Below are positions 7,955-15,388 of a DNA stretch of 33,269 nt, in pieces. Position 1 is the first letter of the stretch. Each line of letters starts with the position of its first letter. The notes beneath the pieces are model-generated. The model saw only the letters and a program-made list of their open reading frames with translations. It was not told where the DNA came from and did not search any database. The DNA is taken from contig MHSB01000044.1 in NCBI GenBank assembly GCA_001821155.1, positions 1 to 33,269 of the forward strand. Reading direction: 5' to 3'. Both the position numbers and the translations under genes were made by a program. This DNA is from Candidatus Taylorbacteria bacterium RIFCSPLOWO2_01_FULL_50_130. GTDB lineage: Bacteria; Patescibacteriota; Minisyncoccia; Phycocordibacterales; UBA10002.

Positions 7955-9241
7955 ATGGTGAAAAATATCTTCCAAGATGTAGTGACTCGCGAACGAAAGT
8001 CCATTCGCCACGTTCCGATTCCCCGTAAAGAACGGGAATCGAATGAGCAGAGCGAAGACATACTTTACGAGCGCGAAGAATTCCAGATAGAGGAATCCGG
8101 TTCTTTTTCATGGAGAAGAATACTATTGTGGGGAATTGCGGGGCTGTTTTTCATCTTGCTCATTATCGCGCTTTTGACGAGCTTTACCGGAGCGACGGTA
8201 ACGGTTAGCGCGAAAGCGCAGACTGTATCGGTACAGCAAGAGTTCATTGCTTCAAGAGATGACGGGACAAAACTTCGTTTTGTGCCTCTGCCGATAGACG
8301 AAACGACGGAAACCGTCATACCGGCGGAAATTGAGAGGAAGGTAGAGGAGCGGGCCACCGGCACCATTATCATCTACAACAATTTTTCGGATAAACCGCA
8401 GCGTCTCATCAAGAACACCCGCTTTGAAACAAAGGACGGATTTATCTATCGAGTCGGCAATTCCATAATAGTTCCCGGAAGAATGCGGAAAAACGGACAG
8501 CTCGTCCCAGGGAGTGTGGAGGCCGCCGTTGTCGCAGATTCTCCGGGTTCGGAGTATAACATTTCGCTCACCGACTTTACCATTCCCGGATTCAAATCCG
8601 ACCCGGCGCGATTTTCAGCATTCTACGCGCGTTCAAAGACAAGCATGAGCGGCGGGTTCGACGGAGTCGTAAAGGTTCCGTCGGAAGAGACGCTTCGTTT
8701 GACACGAGCATCGCTTCGCGAAATCGCTGTAAGGAGCATCCGGGAGCAAAAATTGGCGGCATCTCCCCCCGGCTACGTTCTCTTTGACGGCGCTATCGCA
8801 ATCAGCCACGTTTCTTTGCCTCCCGAACCAAAAGACGGGAACCGGTCGCTAGTGAAGGAGCGGACTACCGGAGCGGTATTCGTGTTTAAGGAGGAAGACA
8901 TAGCGCGAGAAATCGCCAAAGTAGCCATACCGAATTTCAATGGTACTCCAGTTGACATTCCCAACCTGAAGGGTCTTATCTTTCTTCTGAAGGAACCCCA
9001 AGGTGGTGCGGCCGCAGAGGCGCAAACCATCCGTTTTTCGTTGCAAGGAGAAGCGCGAGTGGTTTGGCTGTTTAATGCATACAAACTGCGGGAAGCGCTG
9101 CTTGGCAAAAACCGAGACGAGCTTGCATCCGTTCTCCTTAACTTCCCGTCGATTGAGAGAGCAGAAGCAGTTATTCGGCCGTTTTGGAGTCGCGCGTTTC
9201 CCAAAAACCCTAAGAAGATTTCAATACGGGAGGCCCCATGA
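7955..9241 (+). CDS. Single-pass membrane protein with baseplate J/gp47-like extracellular region
   Basis: One TM segment (ILLWGIAGLFFILLIIALL); ATGTIIIYN, QRLIKNTRFET, ADSPGSEYNI resemble a CPR family usually labelled baseplate J-like (recalled). Confidence 0.6.
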   Translation: MVKNIFQDVVTRERKSIRHVPIPRKERESNEQSEDILYEREEFQIEESGSFSWRRILLWGIAGLFFILLIIALLTSFTGATVTVSAKAQTVSVQQEFIASRDDGTKLRFVPLPIDETTETVIPAEIERKVEERATGTIIIYNNFSDKPQRLIKNTRFETKDGFIYRVGNSIIVPGRMRKNGQLVPGSVEAAVVADSPGSEYNISLTDFTIPGFKSDPARFSAFYARSKTSMSGGFDGVVKVPSEETLRLTRASLREIAVRSIREQKLAASPPGYVLFDGAIAISHVSLPPEPKDGNRSLVKERTTGAVFVFKEEDIAREIAKVAIPNFNGTPVDIPNLKGLIFLLKEPQGGAAAEAQTIRFSLQGEARVVWLFNAYKLREALLGKNRDELASVLLNFPSIERAEAVIRPFWSRAFPKNPKKISIREAP

Positions 9242-9313
9242 ACTTGACCGCGTTCCGTAGCGGAGCAGGTAAACCACCGCACCTTTTATGGCCCCGCCCA
9301 ACGCCGCGCAAGG

Positions 9314-9342
9314 TTGACCTTCTCTGCAGGACTTGCTAGTAT
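9314..9342 (+). promoter_or_regulatory. Sigma70-type promoter of infA operon
   Basis: TTGACC-N17-TAGTAT with extended TG. Confidence 0.65.
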
Positions 9343-9357
9343 GCGAGCGACACGAAG

Positions 9358-9579
9358 ATGCCCGTAACTAACGCAAAGGAAATGAATGCGACTACCGGAA
9401 AAGTGGTAGAAGCGCTTCCAGATACGCTTTTTAAGGTGCGGCTTGGAAATGGACAGGAAATACTGTCCTTCCTCTCCGGAAGAATGCGAATGAATCGAAT
9501 CCGTGTTCTTATCGGGGATAGCGTCATCGTTGAAATCGACCCGTATGGGGGGAAGGGAAGAATAACAAAACGACTGTAA
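9358..9579 (+). CDS. infA: Translation initiation factor IF-1
   Basis: GKVVEALPDTLFKVRL, SGRMRMNRIRVLIGDSV, GRIT. Confidence 0.96.
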   Translation: MPVTNAKEMNATTGKVVEALPDTLFKVRLGNGQEILSFLSGRMRMNRIRVLIGDSVIVEIDPYGGKGRITKRL

Positions 9580-9660
9580 CAGGTAACCTGTAGCTTGTAA
9601 CTGGAACAGAAAGATCAGTTCCAGTTATTCAGTTGCGGTTATCAGTTGCAGGTTATTTTT
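9574..9660 (+). repeat. Inverted 6-7-mer array hairpin, infA-rpmJ spacer
   Basis: GTAAC/GGAAC units, purine-rich loop, then GTTCC/GTTAT/GTTGC units. Confidence 0.75.
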
Positions 9661-9777
9661 ATGAGAGTCAAGGCATCCGTCAAAGGAATATGCTCGAGAT
9701 GCAGGGTGGTACGCCGCAAGGGGTATCTGTACGTTTTGTGCAAAAGTAATCCCCGACACAAGCAGAGGCAGGGATAG
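9661..9777 (+). CDS. rpmJ: 50S ribosomal protein L36 (below ORF-track cutoff)
   Basis: Manual translation [38 protein letters not shown]. Confidence 0.96.
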   Translation: MRVKASVKGICSRCRVVRRKGYLYVLCKSNPRHKQRQG

Positions 9778-9873
9778 GATAACTGGGACACGTAACGGTA
9801 ACTGTTACTGATCACTGAAGGGAAAAATCGGTTTAAGTTACCTGTCCTCGTTCCAGTCATTAGTTAATTCTTC
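9778..9873 (+). repeat. Inverted 6-7-mer array hairpin, rpmJ-rpsM spacer
   Basis: gataactg...gtaacggtaactg versus aagttacctg...gttccagtcattagtta. Confidence 0.7.
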
Positions 9874-10254
9874 ATGAGAATTTCAGGCATAAACATTCCC
9901 GACGAAAAACGACTTGAGTATGGATTGCGGGTTATCTACGGCATTGGACATTCGCGCGCGCTCCAAATCCTTCGCGATGCAAACGTTGAGCCGTCAAAAA
10001 ACGCGAAAGAACTTTCAGCGGTCGAGGAAAACGCCATACGACATGCAGTTGAAAAATACAAAATAGAGGGAGATCTGAAGCGGGAAGTGTCCGCAAACGT
10101 GAAACGCGTGAAGGATATAAAAGCGTATCGCGGAGTACGACATACCAGAGAGCTCCCGGTGCGAGGACAGCGGACAAAAACCAATTCGCGGACCCGTCGC
10201 GGCAATATCCGAAAGACGATGGGAACGGGAAGGAGGGCGGCGGAGAAGAAGTAA
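9874..10254 (+). CDS. rpsM: 30S ribosomal protein S13
   Basis: RISGINIP, IYGIG, YRGVRH, LPVRGQRTKTNSRT. Confidence 0.97.
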   Translation: MRISGINIPDEKRLEYGLRVIYGIGHSRALQILRDANVEPSKNAKELSAVEENAIRHAVEKYKIEGDLKREVSANVKRVKDIKAYRGVRHTRELPVRGQRTKTNSRTRRGNIRKTMGTGRRAAEKK

Positions 10255-10346
10255 CTGGAACCGGTAACGGTAACATGTAACAGGAACGAAAGAGATAGAA
10301 ATCAGTTCCAGTTACCTGTCCCAGTTTCAGTCATAAGTTGATTTTC
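10250..10346 (+). repeat. Inverted 6-7-mer array hairpin, rpsM-rpsK spacer
   Basis: gtaactggaaccggtaacggtaacatgtaacaggaac, loop, gttccagttacctgtcccagtttcagtca. Confidence 0.75.
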
Positions 10347-10775
10347 ATGGGGAAAAAACGCATAGTCGCAAAAGGAGAAACAGAGAGCGCCGACAAAGCC
10401 GCGCAGCATTCTGCGTCAAGAAAGCGCACGCTTGCCAAAGCGGTTTTGTATGTTGAATCCACGTATAACAACACGCGGCTCACGCTTACCGACGAAAGGG
10501 GGAACGTGGTCGCTTTTTCATCAAGCGGAGCACTTGGCTTTCGGGGCGCGAAAAAAGGCACTCCGTTCGCAGCGGCAAAAGTCGGCGAAGCAATGGCGGC
10601 AAAGGCCTTATCCTTTGGACTTCGAGAAATTAGTGTGGTGGTAAACGGAGTCGGTTCAGGGCGGGAATCGTCCATAAGAGGATTCGTCAACAAGGGACTT
10701 TCCATCACGAAGATAAAAGATGCGACGCCGGTGCCGCATAACGGACCGCGTCCGCCGCGACCGAGGAGAGTATAA
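10347..10775 (+). CDS. rpsK: 30S ribosomal protein S11
   Basis: STYNNT, KKGTPFAA, GVGSGRES, DATPVPHNGPRPP. Confidence 0.97.
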   Translation: MGKKRIVAKGETESADKAAQHSASRKRTLAKAVLYVESTYNNTRLTLTDERGNVVAFSSSGALGFRGAKKGTPFAAAKVGEAMAAKALSFGLREISVVVNGVGSGRESSIRGFVNKGLSITKIKDATPVPHNGPRPPRPRRV

Positions 10776-10875
10776 CAGGAACTAGTAACTGTAACTTGTA
10801 ACAGGAACAAGAGAAAAGCGATGGAAGACGGATAGTTCCAGTTATCTGTACCAGTTACAGTTACAGATTATTTTT
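10773..10875 (+). repeat. Inverted 6-7-mer array hairpin, rpsK-rpsD spacer
   Basis: taacaggaactagtaactgtaacttgtaacaggaac, loop, gttccagttatctgtaccagttacagttacag. Confidence 0.75.
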
Positions 10876-11475
10876 ATGAGGATTGGACCACGTTATAAAA
10901 GAGCCAGGCGTCTCGGAGCGGATATTTTCCCGAAAACCGATTCGCCCAAATATGCGATTCGCGCCGGCAAGGCGCTCGTGAAGGGTTATGGCAGGAGTGA
11001 ATTCGGGGCACAACTTAAGGAAAAACAGCGAGCGCGGTTTTTTTACGGCATCTCGGAGCGCCAGTTTTCCCGCTATGTGAAAAACGCCATTGCGAAGAAA
11101 AGTGAACGTGATGATGAGGCCCTTTACACCGAGCTTGAAACGCGCCTTGACAACGTTATTTATCGATTTGGCATCGCTCCTTCCCGCCAGGCGGCCCGGC
11201 AGTACGTTTCTCACGGGCATTTTACCGTTGCTGGCGTTCGAGTCACCGTTCCCTCATATCGCACCCGCATTGGCGATGTTATCCGCTTGCGAAAAGGAAG
11301 CGAGTCGAAACGGCCGTTTACCGCTCTTACCGACCTGTTGAGGGACCATGAAGCCCCTCTGTGGCTACGTTTTGACGCGCAGAAGGGCGAGGGAGTGGTG
11401 GTCGGCAATCCAAATCTGGTGAAAAACCAGCTTCCTTTCAACATTGCGGCGATTTTGGAATTTTATCGGAGGTAA
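10876..11475 (+). CDS. rpsD: 30S ribosomal protein S4
   Basis: SEFGAQLKEKQ, LETRLDNVIYR, ARQYVSHGH, ILEFYRR. Confidence 0.97.
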   Translation: MRIGPRYKRARRLGADIFPKTDSPKYAIRAGKALVKGYGRSEFGAQLKEKQRARFFYGISERQFSRYVKNAIAKKSERDDEALYTELETRLDNVIYRFGIAPSRQAARQYVSHGHFTVAGVRVTVPSYRTRIGDVIRLRKGSESKRPFTALTDLLRDHEAPLWLRFDAQKGEGVVVGNPNLVKNQLPFNIAAILEFYRR

Positions 11476-11490
11476 GTTCGAATGCATCAC

Positions 11491-11519
11491 TTGCGCGCTC
11501 AAAGGAAATAGGTTATTAT
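11491..11519 (+). promoter_or_regulatory. Possible internal promoter for rpoA
   Basis: TTGCGC-N17-TATTAT. Confidence 0.4.
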
Positions 11520-11603
11520 ATCTCTCTTGCTTTATTCATTATCAGCATAACTTGGGTGGTTGCGGAAACGATTGAGTAGTGGTTGCCGCCTCCGCCACAA
11601 TGT

Positions 11604-12569
11604 ATGTCGGATTTCAATATCATTCTTCCCTCCAAGCCAAGAATTGTGAAAGAGGAGGGTTCCACCGGAATCTATGAAATTGATGGACTTTATCCTGGAT
11701 ATGGGCATACGCTTGGCAATTCATTTCGCCGAATTATACTGTCATCTCTTCCGGGCGCCGCCATTACCGGAATCAAAATTGATGGCGTGGAACATGAATT
11801 CTCCACGATTCGAGGGGTGAAAGAAGATGTTGTGACCATCATACTCTCCTTGAAGCGCGTCCGAATAGCGATGTTCACCGACGAACCTCAAACACTCACA
11901 CTTTCCGCAAAGGGCGCGCGGGAGGTAACGGCGGCTGACATCGAATATCCGGGACAAGTTGAAATTCTTAATCCGGAACAGCACATCGCAACGCTTACGG
12001 AAAAAAGCGCGGAACTGGCGCTGTCCATGAAGGTGGAGAAGGGTCTTGGCTATATCTCCAAGGAGGTTTTGCAAAAAGACCGTGTTGAGATCGGGCAGAT
12101 GACGCTTGACGCCATATTCTCCCCCATTAGGCGAGTCAATTATGAAGTGGAAAACATGCGCGTTGGAGACCGTACTGATTTCAACCGTCTGAAAATCTTC
12201 ATTGAAACTGACGGTTCTATCACTCCAAAAGAAGCGCTTGAGAAAGCGATATATATCATGATATCCCAACTCAAGGCGATTGTCGGCTTTACGGAAGACA
12301 AGACGGAGGATGCCGTAAGAGATGAACCTACCGCAGTGGAAGAGCCGATTCAGAAGCGAGAAATTGATACCGAACTCTTGAAGACGCGGATTGAGACCAT
12401 TGGGCTCTCTCCACGTGCCGCCAATGCGCTCGCCGGAGCGAATATTCGAACGCTTGGCGGATTGGTGAAAAAGAAGGAAGAGGACATTCTCGACATTGAT
12501 GGGCTCGGAAACAAGGGAGTGCAAGAAATCAAGAAAGTGCTTGGAAAGATGGGAATAACGCTGAAATAG
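11604..12569 (+). CDS. rpoA: RNA polymerase alpha subunit
   Basis: GYGHTLGNSFRRIILSSLPGAAIT, HEFSTI, DAIFSPI, alpha-CTD. Start at ATG 11604. Confidence 0.97.
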   Translation: MSDFNIILPSKPRIVKEEGSTGIYEIDGLYPGYGHTLGNSFRRIILSSLPGAAITGIKIDGVEHEFSTIRGVKEDVVTIILSLKRVRIAMFTDEPQTLTLSAKGAREVTAADIEYPGQVEILNPEQHIATLTEKSAELALSMKVEKGLGYISKEVLQKDRVEIGQMTLDAIFSPIRRVNYEVENMRVGDRTDFNRLKIFIETDGSITPKEALEKAIYIMISQLKAIVGFTEDKTEDAVRDEPTAVEEPIQKREIDTELLKTRIETIGLSPRAANALAGANIRTLGGLVKKKEEDILDIDGLGNKGVQEIKKVLGKMGITLK

Positions 12570-12649
12570 CTTCTAGCTGCTAGCTGTTAGGTTCCTAGGG
12601 GGAAATCTTCTCGGACTGAAAGCTAGAAGCTAGAAGCTAGAAGCTAATC
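12567..12649 (+). repeat. Inverted heptamer array (CTAGCTT / AAGCTAG), rpoA-rplQ spacer
   Basis: tagcttctagctgctagctgttag ... aagctag x3, aagcta, then ATG. Confidence 0.75.
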
Positions 12650-13000
12650 ATGCGCCATTCAAACAGAGTAAAAAAATTTGGTCGAGAACGGAAGGAGCGG
12701 AAGGCGCTCATGCGTTCGCTTGCGGAATCGCTTTTAGAGCGCGGCCGCATACGCACTACTGAAGCGCGGGCAAAAGCGCTTCGCCCATTCGTTGAAAGAA
12801 TCATAACCCTCTCGCGAAGCGGCACCTTCGAGTCGCGCCGGCTTGTTCGCGCGCGTCTTAGAAATACAATTTCCCTCGGCAGACTCTATCGGAGTGTTGC
12901 TCCCAAATACGCGACAGTAAGAGGTGGATATACGCGCGTGGTGAAGGCGGGATTCCGGATAAGTGACGGAGCGAAAATGGCCATCATTGAACTAGTATAA
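12650..13000 (+). CDS. rplQ: 50S ribosomal protein L17
   Basis: MRH, IRTTEARAKALR, GGYTRV, DGAKMAIIELV. Confidence 0.97.
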   Translation: MRHSNRVKKFGRERKERKALMRSLAESLLERGRIRTTEARAKALRPFVERIITLSRSGTFESRRLVRARLRNTISLGRLYRSVAPKYATVRGGYTRVVKAGFRISDGAKMAIIELV

Positions 13001-13062
13001 TGGAGCGGTTAGGGGCTAGTGTAAAAAATCCGGAGTGCAGACCTGCTTAACGCTAAAATCCT

Positions 13063-13410
13063 ATGCAAAAATACATTATTGACGCGCAGGGAAAAAGACT
13101 GGGACGAGTCGCGAGCGAAGCATCGGCACTGCTCCGCGGAAAAGGGCTTGCCTCTTTCAAGCCAAACGCTCTTCCCGCCGTACAGGTAGAAATCGTGAAC
13201 TCGTCCAAGGTTGCGCTTTCGGAAAAGAAGCTTTCGGAGAAAAGGTATAGACGATACTCCGGCTATCCGGGCGGGTTTAAAGAAACAAGGTTAAGGGAAT
13301 TTATCGCGAAAAAGGGGATGCGTGAGCTTTTTAGAATGACGGTGCTTCGAATGCTCCCTAGAAACACACTGCGTTCGCGACTTATCAAGCAATTGACAGT
13401 CAAAAGCTAG
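13063..13410 (+). CDS. rplM: 50S ribosomal protein L13
   Basis: IDAQGKRLGRVAS, LRGK, YSGYPGG, RMLPRN. Confidence 0.95.
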   Translation: MQKYIIDAQGKRLGRVASEASALLRGKGLASFKPNALPAVQVEIVNSSKVALSEKKLSEKRYRRYSGYPGGFKETRLREFIAKKGMRELFRMTVLRMLPRNTLRSRLIKQLTVKS

Positions 13411-13420
13411 GAAGCTAACA

Positions 13421-13834
13421 ATGGAAACTGACGCAACAGCGGCAAAATACATTGAGACAATCGGCAGGAGAAAAACTGCCGCGGCGCGCGTGCGGATTTT
13501 CCCCGAGGGGAAGCAGTCGATTACAGTCAACGAAAAAGACGTTGAATCGTATTTCAAAACTAGAGAACAACGGCGCGTAGCTATAGAGGCCTTAACAAAA
13601 AGCAAACTTGCCGCAAAATTCTTAATAACGATACGAGTACGTGGAGGAGGGCTTTCGTCGCAAGCAGAAGCGGTGCGGCATGGAATCGCTCGAGCGCTCG
13701 TTTCGTACGACGCCGAACTCCGAAAAAAACTTAAACGCGTCGGCTTCCTCAAAAGAGACCCGCGAAGCAAGGAACGCCGCAAATTCGGAAAAAAGGGAAA
13801 AGCCCGCAAATCTCCGAAGTGGTCGAAGAGATAA
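13421..13834 (+). CDS. rpsI: 30S ribosomal protein S9
   Basis: GRRKTAAARV, GGGLSSQAEAVRHGIARAL, RDPRSKERRK, WSKR. Confidence 0.97.
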   Translation: METDATAAKYIETIGRRKTAAARVRIFPEGKQSITVNEKDVESYFKTREQRRVAIEALTKSKLAAKFLITIRVRGGGLSSQAEAVRHGIARALVSYDAELRKKLKRVGFLKRDPRSKERRKFGKKGKARKSPKWSKR

Positions 13835-13851
13835 CTGTAGATTTAAATCAA

Positions 13852-14478
13852 ATGGATGGTGCAAATGCAAAAAAGAACGCAAATGAGGTTGAAGCTGATG
13901 ATGGTGCAGTAGGAGATGATGACGTGGTAACCGAAGAATCCGCCGTCGAAACCGTAGATGATGACGTGGTAACCGAAGAATCCGCCGTCGAAACCGTAAA
14001 GGAGCTACGCGAAAAGCTAAAGGCGTGCCAAAAGGAAAAAGGGGAATATCTTACTGGATGGCAGCGAGCAAAGGCGGATTTCATAAATGCGCGAAGGGAG
14101 GAAGAAAAGACGATGGCGCAGTTCTCGAAATTCTCCAGCGAACGGATTATACGCGACATCATTCCGGCTCTCGACAGCTTTCACAGCGCTTTCGGCAATA
14201 AAGCAAGTTGGGAGAAAGTTGACCTCAATTGGCGCATGGGCGTACAGTATATCTACTCGCAGCTTCTCGCGGCCGTGGAGAAAAGCGGGATGACGCTTAT
14301 TGAACCGAAGGTTGGCGAGCCGTTTGACACGAAAAGGCATGAAAGTGTGTCTGTCGTGCCGACCGCTACTGAAAGCGAGAACCATACAGTGGTCGAAGTA
14401 GTTCAGAAGGGATATGCGCTTCACGGCAAGGTCCTGCAGCCCGGCAAGGTTAAACTAGCCGAATATCATGGCAATTGA
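13852..14478 (+). CDS. grpE: Nucleotide exchange factor GrpE
   Basis: QRAKADFINARR, GEPFDTKRHESV, VVQKGY, KV. Start at ATG 13852. Confidence 0.93.
   Translation: MDGANAKKNANEVEADDGAVGDDDVVTEESAVETVDDDVVTEESAVETVKELREKLKACQKEKGEYLTGWQRAKADFINARREEEKTMAQFSKFSSERIIRDIIPALDSFHSAFGNKASWEKVDLNWRMGVQYIYSQLLAAVEKSGMTLIEPKVGEPFDTKRHESVSVVPTATESENHTVVEVVQKGYALHGKVLQPGKVKLAEYHGN
13915..13998 (+). repeat. Exact 42-bp in-frame tandem duplication in grpE
   Basis: gatgatgacgtggtaaccgaagaatccgccgtcgaaaccgta x2 (DDDVVTEESAVETV). Confidence 0.95.
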
Positions 14479-14512
14479 AAGCTAGAAGTTGTAAGTTTGA
14501 AGCTTAAAAGCA

Positions 14513-14815
14513 ATGAAGCCTACCGGCATAAAGCAATCGAATATTTTCGAAAAGGTCGTCCGCCAAAACGGCAGATTTTTCCGTATACGATTCGTGATTG
14601 TCGAAAGGGAAGGGCGAATGCGCGGCAAGATTATTTCCTGCGAACCCGTCGAGGTCATAGACGAAATAGTCACAGTTGAAGGGAAGTACTTCTTTCCTAT
14701 ATCATCTTCCGCGCAGTGCGCCCCTCGAGGAAAGACTTGTCTTCAAGGAATCGTCGCTCCATTTTCAAAGCTTGAGTTTTTTACGAGTCAAATGACTCGT
14801 GCTCCTTCTTTCTAA
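14513..14815 (+). CDS. Hypothetical 100-aa protein ending TRAPSF; candidate leader/arrest peptide
   Basis: ATG-started ORF co-oriented 34 nt after grpE; beta-rich N-terminal half, C-terminal RAP motif. Confidence 0.65.
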   Translation: MKPTGIKQSNIFEKVVRQNGRFFRIRFVIVEREGRMRGKIISCEPVEVIDEIVTVEGKYFFPISSSAQCAPRGKTCLQGIVAPFSKLEFFTSQMTRAPSF

Positions 14816-15135
14816 AAGGTTTGGCCTTAAATCTGGGGAAAGGTCAAACCTTTGTGGTTGGTTCGGAAAAGAAAAAGCCCCGCGCGAATGCGAGGCGTGG
14901 TCAGCGGACAGTGAGATTATCCCAATCATGGCTGGCGGGAACAGACTTTTCGTCCAACAAGGTTAGGATTCCTGAACATCCTATCTGTTGCGCTTTCGTG
15001 CGAATTCGTTGAAGTTGCGCCAACGCGGCCGTGAGATTGGACTGAATGAGTGCGCAACGATACGTAATTCCTTCCTCACCATCAAATCTTACTGCGAACA
15101 GAAATGTAGTGGAGGAAGCGTGGTGCCGTGTTAAG
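14815..15135 (+). ncRNA. Candidate structured RNA / leader upstream of dnaK
   Basis: Consecutive stems: AAAGGTTTGGCCTT/AAGGTCAAACCTTT, CAACA..TAGGAT/ATCCTA..TGTTG, GTTGCGC/GCGCAAC, CTTCCTC/GAGGAAG; no convincing ORF. Confidence 0.4.
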
Positions 15136-15204
15136 GTTTAGTGGTCTGGAAATTAAATCATTGAAAATTAATCGTAAACCATAATTCATTATTCTTAATT
15201 CATA

Positions 15205-15371
15205 TAGGACTTACGCAATCGGCGTCATTCCCGTGAAGCTTGTCCTCGCGAAGGCGGGGAACGGGAATCCAGGGCGTTAAAAAACGGCCACATACTGGAT
15301 TCCCGCCGTAGCCTGCCCTCGACCTGATCGGGGGCGGGAATGACAGAAAATGACGAAACGCGTAAGTCCTA
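15205..15371. mobile_element. MITE with TAGGACTTACGC termini, copy 1 (167 bp)
   Basis: TAGGACTTACGC...GCGTAAGTCCTA; inner GTCATTCCCG...CGGGAATCCAG / CTGGATTCCCG...CGGGAATGAC; near-identical to 30503-30646. Confidence 0.85.
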
Positions 15372-15388
15372 TCATAATTCAATCTCTT

